Part shown: piece after piece, positions 46,981-56,409 of the stretch
Layout: every line of letters begins with the position of its first letter
Numbering within the stretch: position 1 is the first letter of the stretch
The notes under the pieces: model-generated
Seen by the model: the letters and a program-made list of their open reading frames with translations, nothing else
What the model was told of the DNA's origin: nothing
Databases searched by the model: none
Translations under genes and position numbers: made by a program
NCBI GenBank assembly: GCA_938045475.1
Contig: CALIML010000015.1
Span: 4,889-68,888, forward strand
Length of the DNA: 64,000 bases
DNA from: an uncultured Sulfolobales archaeon
Lineage (GTDB): Archaea; Thermoproteota; Thermoprotei_A; Sulfolobales; Desulfurococcaceae
Direction: 5' to 3'

Positions 46981-48043
46981 GACCCTTTGCAGTCAGTAGT
47001 TCTGCAGTAAGCACGCTGGTTCCAGCAGCTCCGCGGATTAAGTTATTGCCAAGGGCTATTAACTTAATACCTCTAAGCGCTTTATCCATCCTTAGCCTCC
47101 CAACAACTACGCTCATGCCGTTACTAATATATCTATCAAGCCTTGGCTGAGGCCTGTCAAGTTCTCTTCTAACAATAACGGGTTTTTCAGGCGCTGTGGG
47201 GAGGTTGAGAGCTCTAATCTTATTTCCCTTAAATTCCTCTAGAGCTTTTGAAGCCAATTCTACATCAGGCTCTTCAATTGTTTCGATAAATATGGCCTCT
47301 AAATGGCCCTCTATGACTGGGACTCTGTGGCAACTAGCTGATATAGTTATGCTAGCTGGCTTAACTACTTGGGATTCTAGCGAGCCAAGTATCTTAACTG
47401 ACTCTCTTTCAACTCTCTCTTCCTCTCCATCAATATATGGAATAATGTTGTCAATTATGTCTATTGAGGGAACGCCCGTTAAGCCTGCTCCAGAAATTGA
47501 TTGCATTGTTGACACTATTACCTTCCTTAAGCCGAGCTCATCCATAATGGGCTTGAGAGCTAGAGTTAGGATCACTGTTGTGCAATTAGGTGTCTTGAGT
47601 ATAGCTCCTCTCCACCCCCTTCTGGATTGAAGCTTCGTAAGCTCCACGTGATCGGCATTAACTTCGGGATTTAAAAGCGGTATGTCTTCTTCGAACTTCA
47701 TTGAATCAGAGCTTGAAATTACGACAATACCTCTTTTAGCTAATTCAGCCTCTACACTTAATGCATCCTTACTTGGAAGAGTTGAAAACACTAGCTCTAC
47801 TTTGCTATCCATAATTGTACTTAAGTCAGTGCTCCCAATGATCAGTTCATTCAGCTCTGGCGGAGTAAAGGGGCCTTGAAGCCACTTAACTACTTCACCA
47901 TACTTCCTACCCACGAACTCCCTGCTAGCTGTTAAAAGCTCTAGTTCAAACCAAGGGTGTTTCAATAGCAGTTGTACAAGTTTCTGGCCTACTAATCCAG
48001 TGGCCCCCAATACACCAACCTTAACTTTATCCACAACCATCAC
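46964..48043 (-). CDS. asd: Aspartate-semialdehyde dehydrogenase family protein
   Basis: 359 aa with GATGLVGQ (NADP site), active-site PNCTT and SCHRVPVIEGH. Its stop overlaps the ppcA start by up to 17 nt. Confidence 0.8.
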   Translation of the reverse strand: MMVVDKVKVGVLGATGLVGQKLVQLLLKHPWFELELLTASREFVGRKYGEVVKWLQGPFTPPELNELIIGSTDLSTIMDSKVELVFSTLPSKDALSVEAELAKRGIVVISSSDSMKFEEDIPLLNPEVNADHVELTKLQSRRGWRGAILKTPNCTTVILTLALKPIMDELGLRKVIVSTMQSISGAGLTGVPSIDIIDNIIPYIDGEEERVERESVKILGSLESQVVKPASITISASCHRVPVIEGHLEAIFIETIEEPDVELASKALEEFKGNKIRALNLPTAPEKPVIVRRELDRPQPRLDRYISNGMSVVVGRLRMDKALRGIKLIALGNNLIRGAAGTSVLTAELLTAKGLVYGR

Positions 48044-48218
48044 TCCTCAACGACTTCTTATAAACATTCGCATCTTCTTTAACTAAGGCCTATCGCTTAA
48101 ATATCGCTATAGGCGGTTTTATTAACTTTATTAACAATATTGCTGAAGTTGGAGTCCACGGTGAATTCCTTTAGCATCCGCTTATTCGGAGTCTAAGTCG
48201 CTGGCAGCAGTGATTAAC

Positions 48219-48824
48219 TCAGCGATGCCTTAACTTATCGATGTCTTCAATTAATAGCTTTACCGAGTTCCTGTATTCAGCGCTAATCGAGTACAGTGCT
48301 TTATACATGGCGTCAGCTTCTCCATTCACTAAATATATGTGTGGAGGAGTTGAGTTAATTACTCTAACTAAGTACTTGGTTTCCTTAAAGAAGTAGTTTT
48401 TAAAGTAGCACTTAACTATGTCTGGAATAACTAGTTTAACTAAGTTGTAGGCCGCTAGGTAGCTCCCTAACTCCTCCCCGACTTCAATAGCTCTTCTACC
48501 AGTAGGTATTAGGAGCAGGTTCCTTAACTTACTTAAGCCTAGAGTGTGCGAGTACTTTAAATACCCTGCAACAGCTTTATCAATTATTTCACTAACTACT
48601 TCTTTAAACTCAGCTAGGACTTCCTCATGGCTGCTTTGAGGCTCTAGTCCTACTGTACAGGAGTTCATAGAGTCACTTAAATCCTCGCATGGCTTAAGTA
48701 ATAGCACTTTATGGACTTTACTTAACTGACTCCAAAAGTATGCCTCAATACATATGTCTTGACAGTTGCTCGCCGTAGAGCAGTACACGTATGTGGGAAT
48801 GCCTACTGAGAGTCCATTAAGCAA
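48219..48824 (-). CDS. Hypothetical protein
   Basis: 201-aa ORF with no recognisable motif. Confidence 0.45.
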   Translation of the reverse strand: MLNGLSVGIPTYVYCSTASNCQDICIEAYFWSQLSKVHKVLLLKPCEDLSDSMNSCTVGLEPQSSHEEVLAEFKEVVSEIIDKAVAGYLKYSHTLGLSKLRNLLLIPTGRRAIEVGEELGSYLAAYNLVKLVIPDIVKCYFKNYFFKETKYLVRVINSTPPHIYLVNGEADAMYKALYSISAEYRNSVKLLIEDIDKLRHR

Positions 48825-48958
48825 GCCATACCCTCTCCCCCATAGTTTAAGTACAGGCCTCAGGCATTTACTATATGAGCTTCAGTGTTTATATTTAGTG
48901 GGTAAAGTTTTTATATTTACCTAGTCTCAACTTATATGAATACATACGGGTATCCAGA

Positions 48959-50959
48959 ATGTATAGAGGAGTATCCATAAAGGTCGCTTCACTAATTATA
49001 GTAGTTCTCTTAATTGCTGGAGTTCTAGCGTTTTTTGCCTACAGTAATTTAAGTAGGAAGCCTGAAGCTACTCCAACTACTACTCCAACCACTCTAACTA
49101 CTACTCCAACTACTACTGCTCCAGCAAACTTTAGCAAAGTAATTGTTGTATCATACAGTGATCCAAGCCCTATAGATAGGGCAGAGCTAGTTCCATACTC
49201 AAACATAAACCCAGGCTTCCTAAGAGATCCAATTATGGAGGCATTAATCTACGCTGGGAGATACACTACAGACCCTGATTTAAGGAAGATCATATATGAA
49301 GGCATTCAAAAGCTCTCCAACGATAGGCTTTCGTTAATATGGCTTGTTCAAGCTAGGGATGTAAGAGTTTACTGGGACTGGGTGAAAGGCATATACTTCC
49401 ATCCAACGCTAGTCTACAGAATCGACGACTTGCGCAAAGACCCCAATTCACCTAATCCAACAACGCTAGTCATAGGTGAATCTGAGGAAGGACACAGCCT
49501 AGATCCAGCTGTAACTTACTGGGGCTTCGACTGGTTTATACTGCATCAAATATATGAAAGACTCGTCACATACGAGTTAGATAAAACAGACTACGTTATT
49601 CCATGCCTGGCAGTTGCTTGGGCTCACAACGATGCTGGAGACGAATGGTACTTCGTCATTAGAGGTGGAGTAAGCTTCTACGACCCATGGAATAATAGGA
49701 CTATCCCGCTAACGCCTGAAGACGTAGTGTATTCTCTTAGAAGAGTGGCTGTAATGCACTTAGATCCCTCCTGGCTTATAGATACCTTTATAGATGTCGA
49801 GAATTCAAAAGCAATAAGCAGGGAAGAGTTCTCAGCCATAGCTTCCGCTGGACTGAAAACAGAGTTTAAGGGGGGAAGTAAAGTAGTGTACTCCCTAAAT
49901 GAATTACTGGGATTCTTCAACTATACGGGGAACATAGCTGGAGTCGTTAAGTTAAAGCTGTACTCACCTTACGCAGCCATACTTCAAGTTCTAGCAACAA
50001 TTCCAGCCAGCATTGTCAGCATGGAGGTTGTTGAAGCCCGTGGAGGCGTTGAAGCAGGTAAGGAAAACGAGTACATGTACGACCACCCAGTAGGCACTGG
50101 TCCATACTACTTAGTTGAATGGGTGCATGAACAGTACTACAGGCTGAAGGCTAATCCATACTACTGGCGTGGAAAGCCATCGATAGAGGAAGTATTGATT
50201 AAGCTAATACCTGAAGACTCCACTAGAATAATGGAGCTTAAGAAGGGGGACTTAGACATAGCCCTAGTTCCACCAACCCTCGTCGAGCAAGTGAAGGGGG
50301 TATCTATTGGCGCAAATAAATTAATTGTTGAAGTAGCTCCATCATTCTTGCTATACCACTTAACACTCAACTGCGAGAAACCCCCGTTCAACAATGATTT
50401 ATTTAGAAAAGCACTAGCATGGGCTGTTCCATACGATTCAATAGTGTCAGCAGCATTCAACGGCCTCGCTGAGCAAGCCTATGGAGTCATACCTAGAGGA
50501 ATGTTCGGCCACCAAGATAGTTACTTAGTGAAGTATTCATTTAACCCCGCTAAAGCTCAAGAACTCCTCGCTGCCTCAGGAGTAGATCCACGGAGCGTTG
50601 GCATAACTATAATAGTCCCCCAGGGCTACAGCGAGCTTGAGCAAATAGCTACGTTAGTCCAAGCATCTTGGAGTCAAGCACTTGGCATAAGCGTTAAAGT
50701 ACAGGTGTTATCAAGGCCTGTGTTCAATGAAAAGCTGTCAAGCGGGGACTTCGATGTACAAGTACTAGCTTGGGGGCCTGACTACGCAGACCCAGATGAT
50801 TACGCAGGCCCTCTACAGGCTGGTGGATACAAGTTCAGCTCAGTTGAAGTACACGTAGTGTCATCAATCGATGAAGCAGCGCTATTCGTTAACTTATCTA
50901 ATGCTGTTCAGATAGATCTAGGAGACGTGCTCATAATAGTTGGCGAGAAGGGGAGCTAG
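48959..50959 (+). CDS. ABC transporter substrate-binding protein, family 5, with Thr/Pro-rich linker
   Basis: 666 aa: an N-terminal TM anchor, the linker TPTTTPTTLTTTPTTTAP, then family-5 SBP blocks. It is the first gene of a second five-gene ABC operon. Confidence 0.85.
   Translation: MYRGVSIKVASLIIVVLLIAGVLAFFAYSNLSRKPEATPTTTPTTLTTTPTTTAPANFSKVIVVSYSDPSPIDRAELVPYSNINPGFLRDPIMEALIYAGRYTTDPDLRKIIYEGIQKLSNDRLSLIWLVQARDVRVYWDWVKGIYFHPTLVYRIDDLRKDPNSPNPTTLVIGESEEGHSLDPAVTYWGFDWFILHQIYERLVTYELDKTDYVIPCLAVAWAHNDAGDEWYFVIRGGVSFYDPWNNRTIPLTPEDVVYSLRRVAVMHLDPSWLIDTFIDVENSKAISREEFSAIASAGLKTEFKGGSKVVYSLNELLGFFNYTGNIAGVVKLKLYSPYAAILQVLATIPASIVSMEVVEARGGVEAGKENEYMYDHPVGTGPYYLVEWVHEQYYRLKANPYYWRGKPSIEEVLIKLIPEDSTRIMELKKGDLDIALVPPTLVEQVKGVSIGANKLIVEVAPSFLLYHLTLNCEKPPFNNDLFRKALAWAVPYDSIVSAAFNGLAEQAYGVIPRGMFGHQDSYLVKYSFNPAKAQELLAASGVDPRSVGITIIVPQGYSELEQIATLVQASWSQALGISVKVQVLSRPVFNEKLSSGDFDVQVLAWGPDYADPDDYAGPLQAGGYKFSSVEVHVVSSIDEAALFVNLSNAVQIDLGDVLIIVGEKGS
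49068..49125 (+). repeat. Short tandem ACT/CCA-rich repeat encoding a Thr/Pro linker
   Basis: GCTACTCCAACTACTACTCCAACCACTCTAACTACTACTCCAACTACTACTGCTCCA. The unit ACTACTCCAAC recurs three times. Confidence 0.8.
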
Positions 50960-51066
50960 TGCTTGTGCATGAATAGCCCCATGAACTCATCTACTTTTTC
51001 TCCCAACATCCCTCCTCAACTCACTCAACTAATCCTTTATGAAGCCCGTACCCGGGGTGACTGAAG

Positions 51067-52071
51067 ATCGGGGGTTTAAAGAGGTATCTAGTTAGGAGAG
51101 CTCTCACGTTTATTCCAACTATAATGGGAGTCATAGTATTAACGTTCGTAGTAAGTCACGTAATTCCAGCTGATCCCGCCAGGCTGTGGGCTGGAGGAGT
51201 AAAGGCTAGGCCTGAAGTCATTGAATTAATGAGGGAGAAGTATCACTTAAACTTGCCCATTCACGAACAGTTAGCCCTCTACATTAGGGACGTGTTTATG
51301 GGTAACTGGAGGGATTCCCCTATGACTAGGAGGCCCGTGCTAGTGGACTTAGCTGAATACTTTCCGGCCACAGCTGAGCTAGCCATAGTGGCTGGGCTAA
51401 TACAGGTGGCTTTAGGCGTACCCCTTGGACTTCTAGCTGCGTTAAAGAGGGATACCCTACTAGATCACTTGGTGAGAGTATTGGCATTAATAGGGGTTTC
51501 AGCACCAGCTTTCTGGCTGGCAATAACTCTACAATGGGTATTCTATTACTCCCTCGGGCTGCTCCCAGCTACTGGCAGAGGGATTCCGCCTCCACAAACT
51601 TACACAGGCCTATACGTACTTGACAGCTTGCTTGCAGGGAACTGGAATGCCCTAACGATTAGCTTAAGGCACATGGCTCTACCGAGCCTTACTCTAGCTT
51701 TCACAGGCCTAGGAGTTATAGCGAGAGTCGTTAGAAACACCACGCTTGACGTACTATCGTCGGAGTTCATGGATTTCGCTGAAGCAAGAGGTTTAAACAG
51801 CTTTAAATTCTATAGGCACCTCATAAAGAACTCCTCAATACCTATAATTACAATAGCCGGCCTACAGTTCGGCATGCTCTTAAGCGGGGCCATAGTTATA
51901 GAGACCGTGTTTTCGTGGCCTGGCATAGGCTTATACACTGTGAGCGCCATCAATAGCCTCGATTATCCAGCAATAATGGGCTCAACGCTGCTCATAAGCC
52001 TAGTATTCATAGCTGTAAACTTCGCTGTAGACATAGCATACGCCATTATTGATCCTAGGGTGAGACTGTGA
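51067..52071 (+). CDS. ABC transporter permease (DppB/OppB-like); start codon uncertain (ATC 51067 versus ATG 51124)
   Basis: The frame is open from 51061. Residues upstream of ATG 51124 (GGLKRYLVRRALTFIPTI) align with the conserved N-terminus and TM1 of the paralogue at 38823. SD GGTGA is at 51056-51060. No ATG/GTG/TTG lies upstream. Confidence 0.85.
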   Translation: MGGLKRYLVRRALTFIPTIMGVIVLTFVVSHVIPADPARLWAGGVKARPEVIELMREKYHLNLPIHEQLALYIRDVFMGNWRDSPMTRRPVLVDLAEYFPATAELAIVAGLIQVALGVPLGLLAALKRDTLLDHLVRVLALIGVSAPAFWLAITLQWVFYYSLGLLPATGRGIPPPQTYTGLYVLDSLLAGNWNALTISLRHMALPSLTLAFTGLGVIARVVRNTTLDVLSSEFMDFAEARGLNSFKFYRHLIKNSSIPIITIAGLQFGMLLSGAIVIETVFSWPGIGLYTVSAINSLDYPAIMGSTLLISLVFIAVNFAVDIAYAIIDPRVRL

Positions 52072-53009
52072 TGCTAAAGAAGATCAATGGAGCATTGTTG
52101 AAGAGCAATGCACTTAGATCAGTTGGATCGCTGGTCCATGATTGGGGGCTTGCCTTCGAAGTCGTTAAGAGAAGCCCGTTAACCACTGCTGGTTTAATCA
52201 TAGTAGCTGCATTCACTGTTCTCGGAATCATAGGACCATACATTGCTCCATACAATCCCATTGAAATAGACTTTAGTACAGTTGCATTAAAGAGACTTCA
52301 GCCACCCAGTCTACAGCACCCCTTCGGGACGGATGAATATGGGAGGGACTTATTTAGTAGAGTTCTCGCTGGCGCTAGAGTCTCATTAATGGTGTCCCTC
52401 GTAGTTATGTCGATAACCGTGCCAATAGGCTTAGTGCTGGGATTGATCGCCGGCTATTACGGCGGAGTAATCGATGAAATCATCATGAGGGTTACAGATG
52501 TATTTCTATCGTTCCCAGGCCTGGTGCTCGCAATAGCTTTCAGCGCTACTCTAGGAGCAGGGCTTTTCTCAGCAATGCTTGCCCTATCAATAGTTTGGTG
52601 GCCGAGCTACGTTAGAGTTGTTAGAGCACAAGTGCTTGTAGTAAGAGAGCAGTTATTCATTGAAGCAGCAAAGGCTATGGGTGTAAGCACGCGGAGGATA
52701 CTCTTTAAGCACATACTGCCCAACTCAATAACTCCACTATTAGTTCTAGTAACGCTTGACTTTGGATCAGTAATACTGGCTAGTTCAGCTCTATCGTTCA
52801 TAGGCCTTGGAGCCCAGCCCCCTACGCCAGAGTGGGGTAGGTTAGTAGCTGATGGAAGAAGGTGGTTCCCAGAGAAGTGGTGGTACTCCTTCTTCCCAGG
52901 GCTAGCCATACTGATCACTGTTCTCGGCTTCAATGTTTTAGGCGATGGACTTAGGGATATACTTGATCCAAGGTTTAGGAGAAGGCTTGAGTTTAGGGGG
53001 GTGGAGTAG
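52068..53009 (+). CDS. ABC transporter permease (DppC/OppC-like)
   Basis: 313 aa. Its ATG overlaps the upstream stop (GTGATG), and SD GGGTGAG lies upstream. Confidence 0.9.
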   Translation: MMLKKINGALLKSNALRSVGSLVHDWGLAFEVVKRSPLTTAGLIIVAAFTVLGIIGPYIAPYNPIEIDFSTVALKRLQPPSLQHPFGTDEYGRDLFSRVLAGARVSLMVSLVVMSITVPIGLVLGLIAGYYGGVIDEIIMRVTDVFLSFPGLVLAIAFSATLGAGLFSAMLALSIVWWPSYVRVVRAQVLVVREQLFIEAAKAMGVSTRRILFKHILPNSITPLLVLVTLDFGSVILASSALSFIGLGAQPPTPEWGRLVADGRRWFPEKWWYSFFPGLAILITVLGFNVLGDGLRDILDPRFRRRLEFRGVE

Positions 53010-53010
53010 C

Positions 53011-53982
53011 ATGCATTCAAGCACGCTCCTTGAAGTAAAAGATCTAAGGGTCTACTTCTACACATATGCTGGAGTAGTTAAGGCAGTTGACGGAGTATCG
53101 CTTAGTGTGCATAGAGGAGAAATACTTTGTATTGTTGGAGAAACAGGCTGCGGAAAATCAGTTATGTCCAGAGCCCTCACTAGAATGGTGAAACCTCCGG
53201 GCAGAATAGTTAGCGGCGAAGTACTGTTTGAAGGCGTGGACCTACTTAAACTACCTGAGAAGGAGTTGAGGAAGATTAGAGGGAGAGAAATATCGTATGT
53301 CTATCAAGACCCTGGCAACGCACTAGATCCACTGTACACAGCCGGCTTCCACGTTGCTGAGACAATCTTAGCGCACAGCAGTTCAGCGAAGTTTAATGAG
53401 GCGTGGGGGAAAGCAGTAGGGATATTCCGTGAAGTACTCATACCAGATCCTGAGGCTAAGGCAAAGAGCTATCCACACGAGTTGAGTGGAGGAATGAAGC
53501 AGAGAGTAGTCATAGCTACTGCTGTAGCAAACACTCCAAAGCTCATTATAGCTGATGAGCCTACTACAGCGCTTGACGTAACTATACAAGCCCAAGTCAT
53601 GGAGTTAATAAGGGGCCTTAGGGATAAGTACAGTTCATCAGTAATGCTAATAACCCATAACCTTGGAGTAGTGGCTGAAGTCTGTGATAGAGTTGCAGTA
53701 ATGTATGCTGGCAAAGTAGTTGAAGAAGCATTCGTTGAAGAGCTATTCACGAACCCCCTTCATCCATATACGCAGGGGCTTCTTGAAGCTGTGCCGAATC
53801 CATTGAAGAAGATCGAGCGCCTAAGATCTATTCATGGAAGCGTCCCAAACATGATTGACTTGCCTGAGGGATGCAGGTTCAGCCCTAGATGTCCACACGC
53901 ATTTCAATTCTGCAATAAAGAGCCTGAGCTAGTGGAGCGCTCCAAAGGCCATTTAGTCTCATGCTGGCTCTATAGAAGGTGA
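53011..53982 (+). CDS. ABC transporter ATP-binding protein (DppD/OppD-like)
   Basis: ATG 53011 is preceded by the SD GGTGGAG. Walker A GETGCGKS, signature LSGGMKQRV. The track start at 52945 lies inside the permease gene. Confidence 0.95.
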   Translation: MHSSTLLEVKDLRVYFYTYAGVVKAVDGVSLSVHRGEILCIVGETGCGKSVMSRALTRMVKPPGRIVSGEVLFEGVDLLKLPEKELRKIRGREISYVYQDPGNALDPLYTAGFHVAETILAHSSSAKFNEAWGKAVGIFREVLIPDPEAKAKSYPHELSGGMKQRVVIATAVANTPKLIIADEPTTALDVTIQAQVMELIRGLRDKYSSSVMLITHNLGVVAEVCDRVAVMYAGKVVEEAFVEELFTNPLHPYTQGLLEAVPNPLKKIERLRSIHGSVPNMIDLPEGCRFSPRCPHAFQFCNKEPELVERSKGHLVSCWLYRR

Positions 53983-53988
53983 TGAGTT

Positions 53989-54963
53989 GTGAGCGCAGCT
54001 AGGGTAGTGCTTGAAGCGATGGACTTAAGGAAGTGGTTTCCAGTTAAAGGCGTGTTCTTCACTAAGGGGTTTGTGAAAGCAGTTGATGGAGTATCATTTG
54101 AAGTCCATGAAGAGACCACTCTAGCTATAGTTGGTGAAAGCGGCTGTGGAAAAACTACTCTGGCTAGGCTAATACTAAGGCTCATAGAGCCCGACGAAGG
54201 AAGCATTTTCTTCAAAGGAGTTGACGTAATGAAGCTTAGTGGAGGAAAGCTTATGGAGTTCAGGAGGAGGACTGGGGTAGTATTCCAAGATCCATATAGT
54301 AGCTTGAACCCTAGAATGACTATATACGAGATCCTTAAGGAGCCCTTAGAGACTCATGGAATGCTTAAGAAGATCGATCTAGATGAGTACTTAGTTAAGC
54401 TCTTAGAGAAAGTAGGGTTACAGAAGGAGCACTTGTACAGGTATCCGCATGAGTTTAGCGGCGGACAGAGGCAGAGGATAGCTATTGCACGAGCATTAGC
54501 GTTAAGCCCTGAGCTAGTAGTCTTAGATGAACCAACTTCCTCCCTTGATGTATCTGTGCAAGCACAAATACTTAACATGCTTAAGGATATTCAGGCGGCT
54601 GATAAATTAACCTACGTTTTCATAACCCATGATCTTGGAATTGTGAGGTACTTAGCTCACTACGTTGCAGTAATGTACTTAGGTAAAATAGTTGAATACG
54701 GCCCGGTTGAAGAAATATTTGAAAAACCGCTGCACCCATATACCAAGACGCTATTGTCGGCAGTACCAATACCCGATCCATCTATTGCTAGAAGCAGGGC
54801 TAAAGTTAAAGTATTTGGAGAGCCTCCGAGCCCGCTGAACCCTCCGTCAGGCTGCAGATTTCATCCACGATGTCCATATGCCTTAAGCGATTGTAGTAAG
54901 AGAGAGGTGAGCCTAGTTGAAGTTGGAAAAAAGCATTTAGTCTCATGCATTCTATACAGCTAG
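53989..54963 (+). CDS. ABC transporter ATP-binding protein (DppF/OppF-like)
   Basis: GTG start 5 nt after the SD AGGTGA. Walker A GESGCGKTT, signature FSGGQRQRI. Confidence 0.95.
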   Translation: MSAARVVLEAMDLRKWFPVKGVFFTKGFVKAVDGVSFEVHEETTLAIVGESGCGKTTLARLILRLIEPDEGSIFFKGVDVMKLSGGKLMEFRRRTGVVFQDPYSSLNPRMTIYEILKEPLETHGMLKKIDLDEYLVKLLEKVGLQKEHLYRYPHEFSGGQRQRIAIARALALSPELVVLDEPTSSLDVSVQAQILNMLKDIQAADKLTYVFITHDLGIVRYLAHYVAVMYLGKIVEYGPVEEIFEKPLHPYTKTLLSAVPIPDPSIARSRAKVKVFGEPPSPLNPPSGCRFHPRCPYALSDCSKREVSLVEVGKKHLVSCILYS

Positions 54964-55838
54964 CGCCTCTTAGCGCTCTTAGCTTGCTCAAGTAAATACC
55001 TATAAATGCTTCCCCATAACTTTCCATCGCTTCTCATTTTGTTCTCAAAGTTATTTATAGCCATCCACTCCGTTAAAGCTTCAACAGTCTCTCTATTGAG
55101 TTCCCCACTCACATCACCTTTATAGTAGCCTAGAGCTGCTAGAGCTTCCTGAACCTCTAGCGCTACTTCAGGTAAATCAACTACGTCACCTGGATCCTCT
55201 CTCTCAAGTATCGTCAGCTCCCATAGCTTAAATAGTCTAATAAGCTCATTCACAGGATCTAGGTGGTCGTCGACTCTTAAGTCAACGTACCTGTCAACTC
55301 CCTCTAGACATCCTCCATAGCCTCCACAGGGTCTAAGCACTATTATTGCTGCGCTTTGCTTTCCACGCTTATCTCCACCGGCTTCATCACCTGCTTTGAG
55401 TGCGGCCAGAAGCTTATCCACTAATTCGCCTTTAGTGGTTTCATAAGCTTTAGCCATAGATTCTAGTACTTCCCCTCCTGTTAGTATGTTGCCTTGAACT
55501 GAATATCCATCGCCCGCCAAGTGTCCAGCGTACTCTATACACTTACTACCCGTATAGGCGTAAGCTTCACCTCCAGCGTTAACTACTCCAATTTGCCTAT
55601 GCTCTCTCTTATCATCTATTGATAGTAAAGTTTCAACAGCTCTTTTTGGAGAGTAATTATTTTCAAGTAAGTAGAGTACTAGTGGACCAAGCCTTAAGTT
55701 AGCCCACGCTTGCGTTGCTACAGCTCCAACACCTAACTTCACCCAAGGAACAGCTGAGCCCACTGCTATGAACTTTGATGCAACTGCTACTCCAAGATCT
55801 TTTTTATCCTTATCAACAGCCACTATTGAAAAAGTCAA
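54960..55838 (-). CDS. DUF1028-family (Ntn-hydrolase-fold) protein with C-terminal PG-binding-like domain
   Basis: The (M)TFSIVAVDKD...GVGAVATQA...GDKRGKQSAAIIV pattern is typical of DUF1028. The C-terminus LAALGYYKGDVSGELNRETVEAL is PG_binding_1-like. I prefer the TTG at 55838, which yields MTFSIVA, over the GTG at 55853. Confidence 0.7.
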   Translation of the reverse strand: MTFSIVAVDKDKKDLGVAVASKFIAVGSAVPWVKLGVGAVATQAWANLRLGPLVLYLLENNYSPKRAVETLLSIDDKREHRQIGVVNAGGEAYAYTGSKCIEYAGHLAGDGYSVQGNILTGGEVLESMAKAYETTKGELVDKLLAALKAGDEAGGDKRGKQSAAIIVLRPCGGYGGCLEGVDRYVDLRVDDHLDPVNELIRLFKLWELTILEREDPGDVVDLPEVALEVQEALAALGYYKGDVSGELNRETVEALTEWMAINNFENKMRSDGKLWGSIYRYLLEQAKSAKRR

Positions 55839-55929
55839 GTTGAGCCACCCCACAGTTTAACTGTGTGGGAAACTATTGTTTCTCAAATTATTTAAAGCTT
55901 CGAAGAGAGTTAATACCTAGTTTAAATAG

Positions 55930-56409
55930 TTGTACTATAGTGAGGTAATGCAGTTGTTTGCAGATGTGGGATCTGTGTCCTCTAAATCATACTTGTGTAA
56001 CTATGGCTTCTTTTACTCATACCTACTCACTCCAACGGAGATCCTAGTATTTAAGATCTCTTCATCCAAGCTCTTCACAGCTCTTACAATAATTTGCTTT
56101 GCATTAATATTCCTTTCACCACTGATATCCCTCACGCTACTGATAGCTATAGTAGTATTTCACTGGCTTAAAGCAAGATCTATTAGAAGCAAGCTGAAGT
56201 CAGGATATGTAGAGTCGGTTTCTCCACGCATTGTTGAAAGAGTGCCGTATACATCAGTGAAGAAATATAAGATAGTTGCTAAGAAGAAGCCGGAGCTATA
56301 CGTCCTATACGACAACAAGGTTATAGGCATGAATTTCAGTGATGCTGGCTATGAAGAGTTGAGAACGTTCCTATCATCTAAGATAAGTCCAGAGGCCTTA
56401 GTGGCGTGA
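55930..56409 (+). CDS. Hypothetical membrane protein
   Basis: 159-aa ORF with two central TM helices followed by a soluble domain (YVESVSPRIVERVPYTSVKKYKI). No family recognised. Confidence 0.4.
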   Translation: MYYSEVMQLFADVGSVSSKSYLCNYGFFYSYLLTPTEILVFKISSSKLFTALTIICFALIFLSPLISLTLLIAIVVFHWLKARSIRSKLKSGYVESVSPRIVERVPYTSVKKYKIVAKKKPELYVLYDNKVIGMNFSDAGYEELRTFLSSKISPEALVA

